From positions 384,001 through 448,000 of the forward strand of contig CAXXYH010000004.1 in the NCBI GenBank assembly GCA_963677925.2: 64,000 nucleotides of DNA, read 5' to 3'. Both the position numbers and the translations under genes were made by a program. Below, in pieces: positions 50,889 through 60,868 of the stretch. Every line of letters begins with the position of its first letter. Position 1 is the first letter of the stretch. The notes below the pieces were generated by a model. It had not been told where the DNA came from, did no database searches, and saw only the letters and a list, made by a program, of their open reading frames with translations. Source of the stretch: Spirochaetia bacterium (GTDB taxonomy: Bacteria; Spirochaetota; Spirochaetia; UBA9216).

Positions 50889-53028
50889 ATATACAATAGC
50901 CTTTGTAGGAAACCCAAACAGCGGAAAAAGTACTCTTTTTAATGCTCTTACCGGAGCACGTCAGCAGATTGGAAACTGGCCCGGTGTAACCGTTGAAAGA
51001 GTGGAAGGCAGTTACCTTTTCAACAATATAAAATACAGCCTGATTGACCTCCCTGGTATTTATTCTCTTACTCCGAATACCGAGGACGAAAGAGTTTCTA
51101 GAGACTATATTCTTGAACATGATGCGGATCTGGTCGTAAATGTTGTAGATTCTTCGAATCTTGCAAGAAATCTATATCTTACTGCTCAGCTTATAGAAAT
51201 GAAGGTTCCGGTCATTGTTGTTCTTAACATGATGGATCTTGCCAGAGCCAATGGGTACAGTATCGATGTTGAGCACTTAAGTGCCCACCTGAAATGTCCG
51301 GTTTTTGCAATGAGCGCAGTTGAACAGGCTGATGTCAGAAAGCTGCGGGAAAATCTGCTTCTTTACATTGAGAATAAAACTGTTTCTGATGCTGTTATCA
51401 AATATCCGAATGAAATTGAAGAGCAGATAAAAACCTGGTCGGAAAAAATTGATGGCTCCGGTGTAAAATTCAGGCTTGATTTAAGATGGATGCTTCTCAG
51501 AGTAATAGAAGAGGATCCCTGGATTACTGGAAAAATTACGAAAACCGAAGTACTTGAAAAAGAAGAAATTATTTCAGGAATAGAAAAGATAAAAACAATT
51601 CTTAATGAAGCACCTGATATGGTTATAGCAGATTATGTCTACGGAGCAGTAAACGGTGTTTGCCGTGAAGTTCTTCAAAAGGTTAAGACTGCAAAACCGG
51701 TTAGCGATAGAATTGATTCTGTGGTTATGCACCCGCTTCTGGGGGTACCCGTTTTTCTTCTTGTAATGCTGCTGGTCTTTTTTGTTACTATTGAAATAGG
51801 GAATATCTTTGTTGACTGGTTTGATCAGCTTGCAGGTATTGTTTTTGTAGATGGTTTCGGATCTTTAATTTCGATGACCGGTGCTCCTGACTGGGTTAGA
51901 TATCTGCTTGCAGACGGTGTAGGCTCGGGAATTCAGACAGTTATTTCCTTTATACCCTTCGTGTTTTTTATGTTTCTTATGCTGTCATTGCTTGAAGATT
52001 CGGGTTACATGGCCCGGGCTGCTTTTGTTATGGATAAGTTCATGGGCAAACTCGGACTGCCGGGAAAGGCCTTTGTGCCGATGATTGTAGGTTTCGGCTG
52101 TACCGTACCGGCAATACTGGCAACACGGACACTTGATAATAAAAGAGACCGTATGATTACGGTTTTTATGGTACCGATGATGTCCTGCGGGGCAAAACTG
52201 CCGGTATATGCACTTTTTGCTGCTGCTTTTTTTCCGCACAGTACGGGTTTTATCGTTTTCTCTCTTTATCTGGCCGGTATTCTTGTTGCGATTCTTTCCG
52301 GTCTTCTGATTAAATTTACACTGTTCAGCGGAGAGCCGTCACATCTGATTATGGAACTTCCTCGTTACCATGTACCGAGAGCCAGACATATACTCCTTCA
52401 TACCTGGACCAGGGTGAAGGATTTTATAAAGAGGGCAGGCAAGGTTATTATCGTTGCTGTATTCCTTCTTTCAGTACTTTCCTCAATCACTATCAATGGA
52501 AAATTTGAGCCGCACAACACCGGAGATTCAGTTCTTTCGTCTGTTGGCAAAGTTCTGACCCCGGTATTTACTCCGATGGGGGTATCAGAAGATAACTGGC
52601 CGGCAACTGTCGGTCTGTTTACCGGAATCCTTGCAAAGGAATCAATAGTCGGGACGCTGAGTGCTCTCTACAGTCAGACAGAAGCTGCCGAAGCACATGA
52701 AAGCGGGTTTGCTGTATTAAGAAGCCGCTTTTCCCCGGCTGCGGCTTACTCATATCTTCTATTTGTCCTGCTATACATGCCCTGCATTGCAGCTGTAAGT
52801 GCTGCTATGAAGGAAATAAGTGTAAAGTTCGGGCTTCTACAGGCTTTTTATCTGACGATAGTCGCCTGGATTTTTTCAACTCTTTTCTTTCAGATTGCAG
52901 AAGGGCATAATCCGGTATTTCTAATCATTCCTCTTTTAACTGTCGTTCTCATTACAGCTGCTTTTAAAACTGTGGGAAACTATTTCCGCAGGCAGGACCG
53001 TCTGTATAAGGATCCTGTTGACGGTTGA
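50872..53028 (+). CDS. feoB: Ferrous iron transport protein B
   Basis: GNPNSGKS, WPGVTVE, DLPG, NMMD, GFGCTVP, MSCGAKLP; start moved to ATG 50872. Confidence 0.96.
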   Translation: MSGKTEYTIAFVGNPNSGKSTLFNALTGARQQIGNWPGVTVERVEGSYLFNNIKYSLIDLPGIYSLTPNTEDERVSRDYILEHDADLVVNVVDSSNLARNLYLTAQLIEMKVPVIVVLNMMDLARANGYSIDVEHLSAHLKCPVFAMSAVEQADVRKLRENLLLYIENKTVSDAVIKYPNEIEEQIKTWSEKIDGSGVKFRLDLRWMLLRVIEEDPWITGKITKTEVLEKEEIISGIEKIKTILNEAPDMVIADYVYGAVNGVCREVLQKVKTAKPVSDRIDSVVMHPLLGVPVFLLVMLLVFFVTIEIGNIFVDWFDQLAGIVFVDGFGSLISMTGAPDWVRYLLADGVGSGIQTVISFIPFVFFMFLMLSLLEDSGYMARAAFVMDKFMGKLGLPGKAFVPMIVGFGCTVPAILATRTLDNKRDRMITVFMVPMMSCGAKLPVYALFAAAFFPHSTGFIVFSLYLAGILVAILSGLLIKFTLFSGEPSHLIMELPRYHVPRARHILLHTWTRVKDFIKRAGKVIIVAVFLLSVLSSITINGKFEPHNTGDSVLSSVGKVLTPVFTPMGVSEDNWPATVGLFTGILAKESIVGTLSALYSQTEAAEAHESGFAVLRSRFSPAAAYSYLLFVLLYMPCIAAVSAAMKEISVKFGLLQAFYLTIVAWIFSTLFFQIAEGHNPVFLIIPLLTVVLITAAFKTVGNYFRRQDRLYKDPVDG

Positions 53029-53097
53029 CAAAGCACCACTGCAGGCAGACAATTTAATAATACAGGTATATAATATTCCTACCACAGGGAGGACAAT

Positions 53098-53808
53098 ATG
53101 AGTTTACACATTGGTGCGGATAAGGGCGTTATTGCTGACACCGTTTTAATGCCGGGAGATCCGCTGCGCGCAAAATATGCAGCAGAAAAATTTCTTGAAA
53201 ATCCGGTTTGTCATAATAATGTTCGCGGAATGCTTGGATACACCGGAACCTACAAAGGCAAGAAAATATCTATTCAGGGCAGCGGAATGGGGCAGCCCTC
53301 AATCGGTATTTATGCCTATGAGCTAATCAATGATTATGATGTTAAGACCATCATGAGAATAGGCTCCTGCGGATCTGTACAGCCTGAGATTGAATTAAGA
53401 GAAGTAATCATTGCAATGACAGCTTCAACAAATTCAGCAATCAACAAGGGTGTTTTTAAGGGAATGGATTTTTGTCCCTGCGCAGATCCCGATCTTTTTA
53501 TCAATGCTGTTAATAAGGGAAAAGAATTAGGATTTAAGACTAGGGCAGGTAATATTCTTTCCTCTGATGTATTTTACGATGATGATCCTGAAATCTGGAA
53601 ACTATGGGCACGATACGGAATTCTTGGAATTGAAATGGAAGCTTCCGCATTGTATTCACTTGCTGCAAAATTCGGAATAAAAGCACTGGCAATTTGTACC
53701 GTCAGCGACAGCATTGTAAATCAGACTCTTTTGAGCAGTGAAGAGCGTGAAAAAACCTTCGACGACATGATTATTCTTGCTCTCGAAACTGCTCTTGTAA
53801 CGGAGTAA
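53098..53808 (+). CDS. deoD: Purine nucleoside phosphorylase
   Basis: MPGDPLRAK, GMGQPS, RIGSCG, EMEA, TVSD. Confidence 0.95.
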   Translation: MSLHIGADKGVIADTVLMPGDPLRAKYAAEKFLENPVCHNNVRGMLGYTGTYKGKKISIQGSGMGQPSIGIYAYELINDYDVKTIMRIGSCGSVQPEIELREVIIAMTASTNSAINKGVFKGMDFCPCADPDLFINAVNKGKELGFKTRAGNILSSDVFYDDDPEIWKLWARYGILGIEMEASALYSLAAKFGIKALAICTVSDSIVNQTLLSSEEREKTFDDMIILALETALVTE

Positions 53809-53810
53809 TT

Positions 53811-54293
53811 TTGAAACTCGAAAGTGAACTGGAAAATGCCAGGAAAAGATACAAGGAAACCAAGGCTGTAATTGAAAAGCTGAAAAAATTCAAGAGAAAG
53901 GATCTGGATGAACTTTTTTTCAGGATTCATGATCAGGTTTTCGAAGATATTGACTGCAGGGAATGCGGAAACTGCTGTAAGACGCTGGGGCCCAGGGTTA
54001 CCAACAGGGACATACAGAAAATCAGCAAGTATATAAATATGAGGGCAGGGAAGGTAGTAAAGTTTTACCTTGATGTTGATGAAGACAACGATTTTGTTTT
54101 TAACCAGATGCCCTGTCCTTTCCTGGAGGATGGGAATTTCTGTAAAATTTACGATGCCCGTCCGCGTGCCTGTGAAGAATTTCCGCATACGGATCTGCCC
54201 AATATGCAGAAAAAACTTCATATTACACTGAAAAACAGTCTGGTCTGTCCGGCTGTCTTCAGAATGATTGAATTAATAAAAGAAGAGATCTGA
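53811..54293 (+). CDS. YkgJ family cysteine-cluster protein
   Basis: CRECGNCC, CPFL, CKIYDARPRACEEFP. Confidence 0.88.
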   Translation: MKLESELENARKRYKETKAVIEKLKKFKRKDLDELFFRIHDQVFEDIDCRECGNCCKTLGPRVTNRDIQKISKYINMRAGKVVKFYLDVDEDNDFVFNQMPCPFLEDGNFCKIYDARPRACEEFPHTDLPNMQKKLHITLKNSLVCPAVFRMIELIKEEI

Positions 54294-55216
54294 TGGATAA
54301 ACACAGAACTGCCAGGATAAAACAGGCTTCGGTAGCCGGGATCGCCGGAAACGGCTTCCTTGCAGTTCTGAAAATCACTTTCGGTACGATCGGCGGCAGT
54401 GCTGCCCTTGTTGGTGCAGGCATAGATACTGCTACTGATATTATCTCTTCTCTGATATCCCTTTTTACTGCAAATATAATTTCAAAACCGCCCGATCGGG
54501 AACATCCATATGGACACGGCAGGGCGGAAACCATCGCTGCAAAAATACTTTCATTCATTATAATCTTTGCGGGGGCACAGCTGCTGCTCTCTTCAATCAC
54601 TGCACTTTTCAGTCATGAAGAAAAAGCTATACCGCAAAATTTTGTTATCTATATTTCAATAATCTCGATAGCAGGGAAAGTAATCCTTTTTCTGTACAAG
54701 ATGAAAATTGGAAAGGAAATCAGCAGTCAGATGGTTATTGCCGATGCGAAGAATATGAGAGCGGATATTGTGCTTTCATCGTCTGTGCTTGCGGGACTCT
54801 TTCTGGTGGAGATTACCAGGCTTCCATTAATTGATTCGATTATGGCCATTGCAGTGGCTTTGTGGATTCTTAAAAGCGGCCTTTCAATTTTTATGGAAAC
54901 AAATGATGAGCTGATGGAGGGTTCGGGTGATACTGAAATCTACAAGCAGGTTTTTGATATTCTCAGAGAGATTGAGGGGATTTCGAATCCCCATCGAGTC
55001 AGAATTAGAAAAATAAATACGATGATTGTTATAGATCTGGATATAGAAGTTGACGGTACCATCAGCGTAAACCGTGGACATGCGCTGGCTGTTAAGGCTG
55101 AAAAGTCAATTATGAAAAAAATAGAGAATGTGTATGACATTATTGTACATGTTGAACCGGACGGTAATTTTGAGAATCAGGAACGCTACGGTTTGACAGA
55201 GCAAAGTCTGGATTAG
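54293..55216 (+). CDS. Cation diffusion facilitator transporter (FieF-like)
   Basis: PPDREHPYGHGRAE, DAKNMRAD, HVEP. Confidence 0.92.
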   Translation: MDKHRTARIKQASVAGIAGNGFLAVLKITFGTIGGSAALVGAGIDTATDIISSLISLFTANIISKPPDREHPYGHGRAETIAAKILSFIIIFAGAQLLLSSITALFSHEEKAIPQNFVIYISIISIAGKVILFLYKMKIGKEISSQMVIADAKNMRADIVLSSSVLAGLFLVEITRLPLIDSIMAIAVALWILKSGLSIFMETNDELMEGSGDTEIYKQVFDILREIEGISNPHRVRIRKINTMIVIDLDIEVDGTISVNRGHALAVKAEKSIMKKIENVYDIIVHVEPDGNFENQERYGLTEQSLD

Positions 55217-55256
55217 TATAATTAATAGACATAGAATTTCAGGAGTTAAATAATTT

Positions 55257-56912
55257 ATGGTTGAACCCTTAAAAAAGAATAAGAATATGCAGAAGCGCAG
55301 GGGCCCGGTGGTTCTTGTTATTATGGATGGTGTCGGATACGGCAAATATGAAGAGGGAGACGGCTTCAAGGCCGCAATGACACAGAATCTTGATTCGCTT
55401 ATGAGTGAATGGCCGACTGTAAAGATGAAGGCTCATGGAAAGGCTGTCGGGCTTCCTTCAGATGATGATATGGGAAACAGTGAGGTCGGCCACAATGCAA
55501 TAGGCTGCGGCCGTGTTTTTGCTCAGGGTGCCCAGCTGGTCTCTGATTCAATTGCATCTGGTAATATGTTTACAGGAGATACCTGGAATAAACTGACCGG
55601 CAATTGTAAAACAGCAGGTTCGACAATGCATTTTATCGGCCTGCTGTCTGACGGTAATGTCCATTCCCATATCAGCCATCTGAAAAAGATGATTGAAAAG
55701 GCAAAAGAGGATGGTGTAAAAACCGTAAGAGTTCATGCCCTTTTAGATGGAAGGGATGTTGGAGAAACTTCGGCCCTTGATTATTTCGATCCCTTTGAAG
55801 AGTTCTGCAGTGAACTGAGTACTGACGGATTTTCCGCACGAATTGCCAGCGGCGGCGGTAGAATGGTAATCACGATGGATCGCTATGGAGCAAACTGGGA
55901 TATGGTCCGAAAAGGATGGGAAACACACATTCTCGGAGAGGGCAGAATGTTTGCCAGCCCTCATGAAGCAATCGAAACCCTCAGAGAAGAAACCGGTGCT
56001 ATAGACCAGGATCTTCCTGCCTTTGTTATTGCTGAAAATGATAAGCCTGTCGGTACTATTGAAGACGGAGACTCGGTTGTTTTCTTCAACTTCAGAGGTG
56101 ACCGTGCTCTTGAAATAACAAAGGCCTTTGAGGCAGGTGATGATTTCTCCGAGTTTGACAGAAAAAGAAAACCGAAGGTTGAATATGCCGGTATGATGGA
56201 ATATGACGGTGATCTTCATATTCCCGCACAGTACCTGGTTTCTCCTCCAGCTATCGACAGAACAATGGGTGAATACCTTGCTGCAAGCGGCGTTAAAAGT
56301 TTTGCAATCAGTGAAACCCAGAAATACGGACATGTAACCTACTTTTTCAACGGCAACAAACTGGGTAAGTTCAGTGAAAGCCTTGAAACCTACGAAGAAA
56401 TTCTTTCGGATGTTGTTCCCTTTGAACAGAGACCCTGGATGAAGTGCGCAGAGATAACCGATCGTGTTCTGGACGTAATTGCAGGTGGAGAATATGATTT
56501 TATCCGAATGAATTTTCCAAACGGAGATATGGTGGGACATACCGGTGTTTTTGAAGCAGTTGTCTGCTCAATGGAGGCCCTGGATCTCTGCATCGGCCGT
56601 ATTAAGAAGGCTGTTGAAAAAGCAGGCGGTGTAATGATAGTTTCGGCAGACCATGGAAATTCCGATGATATGTATGAACATGACAAGAAAACCGGAGATG
56701 TAAAGAGAAATACCAACGGTTCTCCGAAGGCAAAGACCGCGCATTCGCTCAATCCGGTTCCCTGTATTATTTATGATCCGGAAGGACAGGGTGAATACAG
56801 TAAAGAACTTAAGCAAGGTCTTGGAATCAGTTCGCTTGCTGCCACAAGCATGGAGTTTCTCGGGTTTGAGGCTCCTGAGGACTACGACAGTTCAGTTTTA
56901 GATTACAAATAA
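55257..56912 (+). CDS. gpmI: 2,3-BPG-independent phosphoglycerate mutase
   Basis: MDG, MGNSEVGH, DGRD, NFRGDR, ETQKYGHVT, DMVGHTG, ADHGN. Confidence 0.96.
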   Translation: MVEPLKKNKNMQKRRGPVVLVIMDGVGYGKYEEGDGFKAAMTQNLDSLMSEWPTVKMKAHGKAVGLPSDDDMGNSEVGHNAIGCGRVFAQGAQLVSDSIASGNMFTGDTWNKLTGNCKTAGSTMHFIGLLSDGNVHSHISHLKKMIEKAKEDGVKTVRVHALLDGRDVGETSALDYFDPFEEFCSELSTDGFSARIASGGGRMVITMDRYGANWDMVRKGWETHILGEGRMFASPHEAIETLREETGAIDQDLPAFVIAENDKPVGTIEDGDSVVFFNFRGDRALEITKAFEAGDDFSEFDRKRKPKVEYAGMMEYDGDLHIPAQYLVSPPAIDRTMGEYLAASGVKSFAISETQKYGHVTYFFNGNKLGKFSESLETYEEILSDVVPFEQRPWMKCAEITDRVLDVIAGGEYDFIRMNFPNGDMVGHTGVFEAVVCSMEALDLCIGRIKKAVEKAGGVMIVSADHGNSDDMYEHDKKTGDVKRNTNGSPKAKTAHSLNPVPCIIYDPEGQGEYSKELKQGLGISSLAATSMEFLGFEAPEDYDSSVLDYK

Positions 56913-56926
56913 AAAGTGAGGAAGTA

Positions 56927-58381
56927 ATGAGCATAACAGAAGGTCTGAAGCCGGAAGCATTCTGGAAACATTTCTATAATATTACCAGAATTCCCCGGGA
57001 ATCAGGAAATGAGACAGCTGTAAGAGAATATGTAAAAGCTTTTGCCGAAGAAAGGGGCTTGGAATATCATATAGACTCGATAAAAAATATTCTGGTTCGC
57101 CGGCCTGCATCACCGGGATGTGAAAATAAAAAAGCTGTTGTCCTTCAGGGCCATCTTGATATGGTTTGCGAAAAGAACAGGGATAAAGTACATGACTTTG
57201 ACAAAGACCCGATACCTGTTGTTATAGAAGGAGACTGGCTTAAGGCCGATGGTACAACACTGGGGGCTGACAACGGAGTTGCAATCGCCGCCGGTCTGGC
57301 TGTTCTTGAATATGATGGTCCTCTGGGCATGGTTGAGGTTCTGCTTACCGTAGATGAAGAAACAGGCCTTACCGGTGCCATGAATCTCGATCCTTCGATT
57401 GTAAAATCAAGAATAATGATTAATCTCGATTCAGAAGAGGATGGTTATATCTATATCGGCTGTGCCGGAGGTAAGAATACTGAAGGATGGATTCCTGTTG
57501 GTTTTGAAGATATTGATACTTCTGATTATTCCGCCTTCCATATTGAATTAAAAGGTTTAAAAGGCGGTCATTCAGGCTGTGAAATTCATATGGGGCTTGC
57601 AAATTCCCTTCAGCTTGGAGGACGCTTTCTCTGGAATGCCGGAGAACGCTTTGATACAAGACTTACTGCTGTTGAAGGCGGCGGAAAACATAATGCGATA
57701 CCGCGTGAGTTTTTTGCTGATATTCTTGTTAAAAACTCCGACATGGATGCCTTTATTGAATATGCTGTCATCTACAGGTATATAATTACTACTGAATTCA
57801 AATACATCGAGCAGGATCTTCAGTTTACAGTTGAACAAGTTTCTACGGATGTAAAATCCGTTTATAAAAAAGCAGATGAGAAAAAGATATTGAATTTGGT
57901 ATATACAATGCCGAACGGTGTTATTTCAATGAGTCCGGTTATTGACGGTCTGGTTGAAACTTCAACAAATCTTGCCAGGATTGAACTTAAAGAAAATGGA
58001 GAATTTTATGTTCTTACCTGTCAGCGTTCATCAAGTGACACCGAATGCGATGATATTGCCGATCGTATAAAGGCCTGTATTCTGCAGGCCGGAGGGAGAG
58101 CTGCCTTCAGTCATGAGTATCCCGGATGGGAACCCGACCGTAATTCTGCAATACTCAAAACTTCCGAAAAGGTTTTTAAAGATCTTTACAGCAGGGAGCC
58201 CGTTATTACTGCCATTCATGCGGGACTTGAGTGCGGTGTTATCGGTAAAAAGTTTGAGAAATTGGATATGATCTCTATCGGTCCGGAACTTGCAGATGTG
58301 CATACGCCCGGAGAGAAGATGAAAATATCAACAGTATCAAAACTATGGGATTTTCTAATCAGAATACTCGAAAACGTATAG
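56927..58381 (+). CDS. pepD: Aminoacyl-histidine dipeptidase (M20)
   Basis: QGHLDMVCEK, GTTLGADNG, DEETG, NLDSEE, HAGLECG. Confidence 0.94.
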   Translation: MSITEGLKPEAFWKHFYNITRIPRESGNETAVREYVKAFAEERGLEYHIDSIKNILVRRPASPGCENKKAVVLQGHLDMVCEKNRDKVHDFDKDPIPVVIEGDWLKADGTTLGADNGVAIAAGLAVLEYDGPLGMVEVLLTVDEETGLTGAMNLDPSIVKSRIMINLDSEEDGYIYIGCAGGKNTEGWIPVGFEDIDTSDYSAFHIELKGLKGGHSGCEIHMGLANSLQLGGRFLWNAGERFDTRLTAVEGGGKHNAIPREFFADILVKNSDMDAFIEYAVIYRYIITTEFKYIEQDLQFTVEQVSTDVKSVYKKADEKKILNLVYTMPNGVISMSPVIDGLVETSTNLARIELKENGEFYVLTCQRSSSDTECDDIADRIKACILQAGGRAAFSHEYPGWEPDRNSAILKTSEKVFKDLYSREPVITAIHAGLECGVIGKKFEKLDMISIGPELADVHTPGEKMKISTVSKLWDFLIRILENV

Positions 58382-58396
58382 AAAGGGAGTCTTAAA

Positions 58397-58729
58397 GTGG
58401 CGATGAAGAAATCGGGAGTTTTAAAAGTTATATACGATACATCGTTTCCGGTTAATAAACTGGTAATACATCCGAATACAGGCTTTGAACTTAATTTTAT
58501 GCAGATAAAATACAACGCAAAAGCCTTCATCAATACGAATGTGGAATCATTTGTAAGCGGTGACGCTGAAGCCTTCTGTGATGTTGAAATTTTTCTTCTG
58601 AATGAATGTAAACAGGAGACAATTGAGATCGGGCATAAAATGTGGCAGCAGCTGAATGAGCCTGATAAGATTCTTCTTGTTTATGATGAAGATAAAAACC
58701 GTATTATGCTTGCGGGCGGAAAAAACTAA
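58397..58729 (+). CDS. Hypothetical protein
   Basis: 110-aa ORF with GGGAG SD directly after pepD; no recognised motif. Confidence 0.6.
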   Translation: MAMKKSGVLKVIYDTSFPVNKLVIHPNTGFELNFMQIKYNAKAFINTNVESFVSGDAEAFCDVEIFLLNECKQETIEIGHKMWQQLNEPDKILLVYDEDKNRIMLAGGKN

Positions 58730-58774
58730 AAAAAGCCGCTTTGATATTCCTTTTACGGATAATCAAAGCGGCTT
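58728..58774 (-). terminator. Terminator hairpin between convergent genes
   Basis: AAGCCGCTTTGAT...ATCAAAGCGGCTT; U-run on the minus strand. Confidence 0.75.
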
Positions 58775-58806
58775 ACTTCTAAAACCTTAAGTATTAAAGA
58801 ATCATA

Positions 58807-60021
58807 TTACATTGCTTTAATCTCGGATGCCATCTGTTTTACGCTTGCAACAGCCTTCTTTATGTCCTCTTCGGTTGGAGCGCCCTGCCATTCAGAAGGT
58901 TCCATACATTCCCAGTTCAGACTCTCTGTAAGCTCTTTAAACTGTTTTTGTGCACCACCGGACCAGCCGAATGAACCGAATCGGAATACCTTTCTTTTTT
59001 TAACATGGCTTCTATCAAGAATATCAATTACATGTGCCATAGGGGGGAACATTCTGTATTCATAGGTCGGCATTCCGAAAATCAAACCGGCGGATTTCCA
59101 TGCGTCGGCAAGAACCCAGGAAGAATGTTCCTGTGGAACTCTATGAACGTGAATAGGCAGCCCTTCGGCTAGAACTGCGTCAATTATGGGCTGTACGAGT
59201 CTTTCTGTATTTCCATACATACTTGACCAGATAAGGGTAATTTCTTTTTCAGCATTTCCATCATGATATGAGGCGAGTTTTCGATAATATTCGATTATTT
59301 CGGATGGATTTTTACGGTAAATTATTCCATGAGATGGGGCAATTACCTTTACCGGAAGCTTCTCGACTTTATCAATTGCTTTTAGAACAAAGCTGGAAAA
59401 AGTTGAGACTATGTTGGAATAGTATCGAAGTGTTTCACCTTCAAAAAAGATTTTTTCTTCAGGTGTGAGCTGATCATCAAACATGTGTTCGCCGACCCGT
59501 CCGAACATTCCGAATGCATCACAGGAAAAAAGTACCCCGGTTGAACTGTCGAATGTGACCATTGTTTCAGGCCAGTGAACATTCGGCGCATCCTCAAAGG
59601 CCAGAACCTTTCCCCCGCCCAAATCAAGACTGTCTCCACTGCCTACAATATTGACTTTGTCATCAAATTTATAAAAGGCTTTAATAAGCGGAGCTGCTTT
59701 TTTTGAACAGTAGATTTCAAGATTCGGGTTCTTTTTTTTCATCTCGGCAAGACTGCCGGTATGATCTGGTTCCATATGATTTATTATCAGATAATCGAGA
59801 TCTTTGAGGGAGGTTCCGGCATCAGCCAGCTGTTCACTGATCTGTCCGACCGCTCCATCCCAGTCCTTGACCAGATCGATCAGGGCTGTTTTTTCACCTT
59901 TAACAAGATAGGAGTTCAGGGAGACTCCGTGCGGTATCGGCCAGATTCCTTCAAAAAGGTCCTTATTGCCGATGTTGGCACTGATTCTGTAAACTCCATC
60001 TGCTATTGTCACCGCTTTCAT
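58807..60021 (-). CDS. fprA: FprA/flavodiiron protein
   Basis: NHMEPDH, HWPE, SCDAFG, APSHG, flavodoxin SMYGNT, GSFGWSGG. Confidence 0.93.
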   Translation of the reverse strand: MKAVTIADGVYRISANIGNKDLFEGIWPIPHGVSLNSYLVKGEKTALIDLVKDWDGAVGQISEQLADAGTSLKDLDYLIINHMEPDHTGSLAEMKKKNPNLEIYCSKKAAPLIKAFYKFDDKVNIVGSGDSLDLGGGKVLAFEDAPNVHWPETMVTFDSSTGVLFSCDAFGMFGRVGEHMFDDQLTPEEKIFFEGETLRYYSNIVSTFSSFVLKAIDKVEKLPVKVIAPSHGIIYRKNPSEIIEYYRKLASYHDGNAEKEITLIWSSMYGNTERLVQPIIDAVLAEGLPIHVHRVPQEHSSWVLADAWKSAGLIFGMPTYEYRMFPPMAHVIDILDRSHVKKRKVFRFGSFGWSGGAQKQFKELTESLNWECMEPSEWQGAPTEEDIKKAVASVKQMASEIKAM

Positions 60022-60101
60022 GAAAAACTCCGTATTTATCGCTATTTGATTAAAATAATAATACTTAAATTAACGAAATACAAGAAGCGCCGGACAATTG
60101 T

Positions 60102-60851
60102 TCAATTCAGGGTTTTTATATATTCAACACCATTTCGTATTATATCAAGACCATAGGCTCTTTCTATTTTTTCCCTTTTCCACATCGGATGGTTTTCAGG
60201 ACTGATAAAAGCTTCCGGATGAGGCATCAAACCAAGTATTCTTCCTGTAGGGTCGCTGATGCCGGCAATACTTTCAACAGAACCGTTAGGGTTGTCTCTG
60301 TAGCGAAGTACATCAAGGCGCTGTTCCTTAATTTTACCAAGCAGCTCATCAGAAGCCGGAATAAAACGGCCTTCTCCGTGCCTGATTGGGAGATCGATTG
60401 CTGAAATATCCTTAAGCCATACGCAATTATTGTTTTCAAGGCTTTCCAGAGTCACCCAGTCATCAATGAAGGTTCCGCATTCGTTATGTACAAGGGTCAC
60501 CTCCGGTGTCCACTCACCAGAAAGATTGGGCAGTACTCCCATCTTTACAAGAACCTGAAAGCCGTTGCAGATACCGATAATGAGGTTCCCGTCAGCTATG
60601 AATTTCTCCAGTTTTTCCTTCAGGTTTTTCCTGAACATGTGGGCAAATACAAGTCCTGAACCCAGATGGTCTCCGAAGGAGAAGCCGCCCGGGAACCCGA
60701 GGATTCGGTAGTCATCAAGAATAGATGGATCGGAGATTAAATCGTTAATATGAACCAGATCTGCAGAGGCTCCGGCCAGCCTGAAGGCTTCAGCCAGATC
60801 CCTGTCAGAGTTTATTCCAAATCCTGTTATGATACATGTCTTTACAGTCAT
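60102..60851 (-). CDS. purQ: FGAM synthase glutaminase subunit
   Basis: PGGFSFGD, GICNGFQ, HGEG, MPHPE. Confidence 0.94.
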   Translation of the reverse strand: MTVKTCIITGFGINSDRDLAEAFRLAGASADLVHINDLISDPSILDDYRILGFPGGFSFGDHLGSGLVFAHMFRKNLKEKLEKFIADGNLIIGICNGFQVLVKMGVLPNLSGEWTPEVTLVHNECGTFIDDWVTLESLENNNCVWLKDISAIDLPIRHGEGRFIPASDELLGKIKEQRLDVLRYRDNPNGSVESIAGISDPTGRILGLMPHPEAFISPENHPMWKREKIERAYGLDIIRNGVEYIKTLN

Positions 60852-60868
60852 AGTTTCTCCATTGTGTG

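Noticed and set aside
55743-56540. 265-aa antisense ORF inside gpmI
   Set aside because: Shadow frame of a conserved gene, with no motif or SD.
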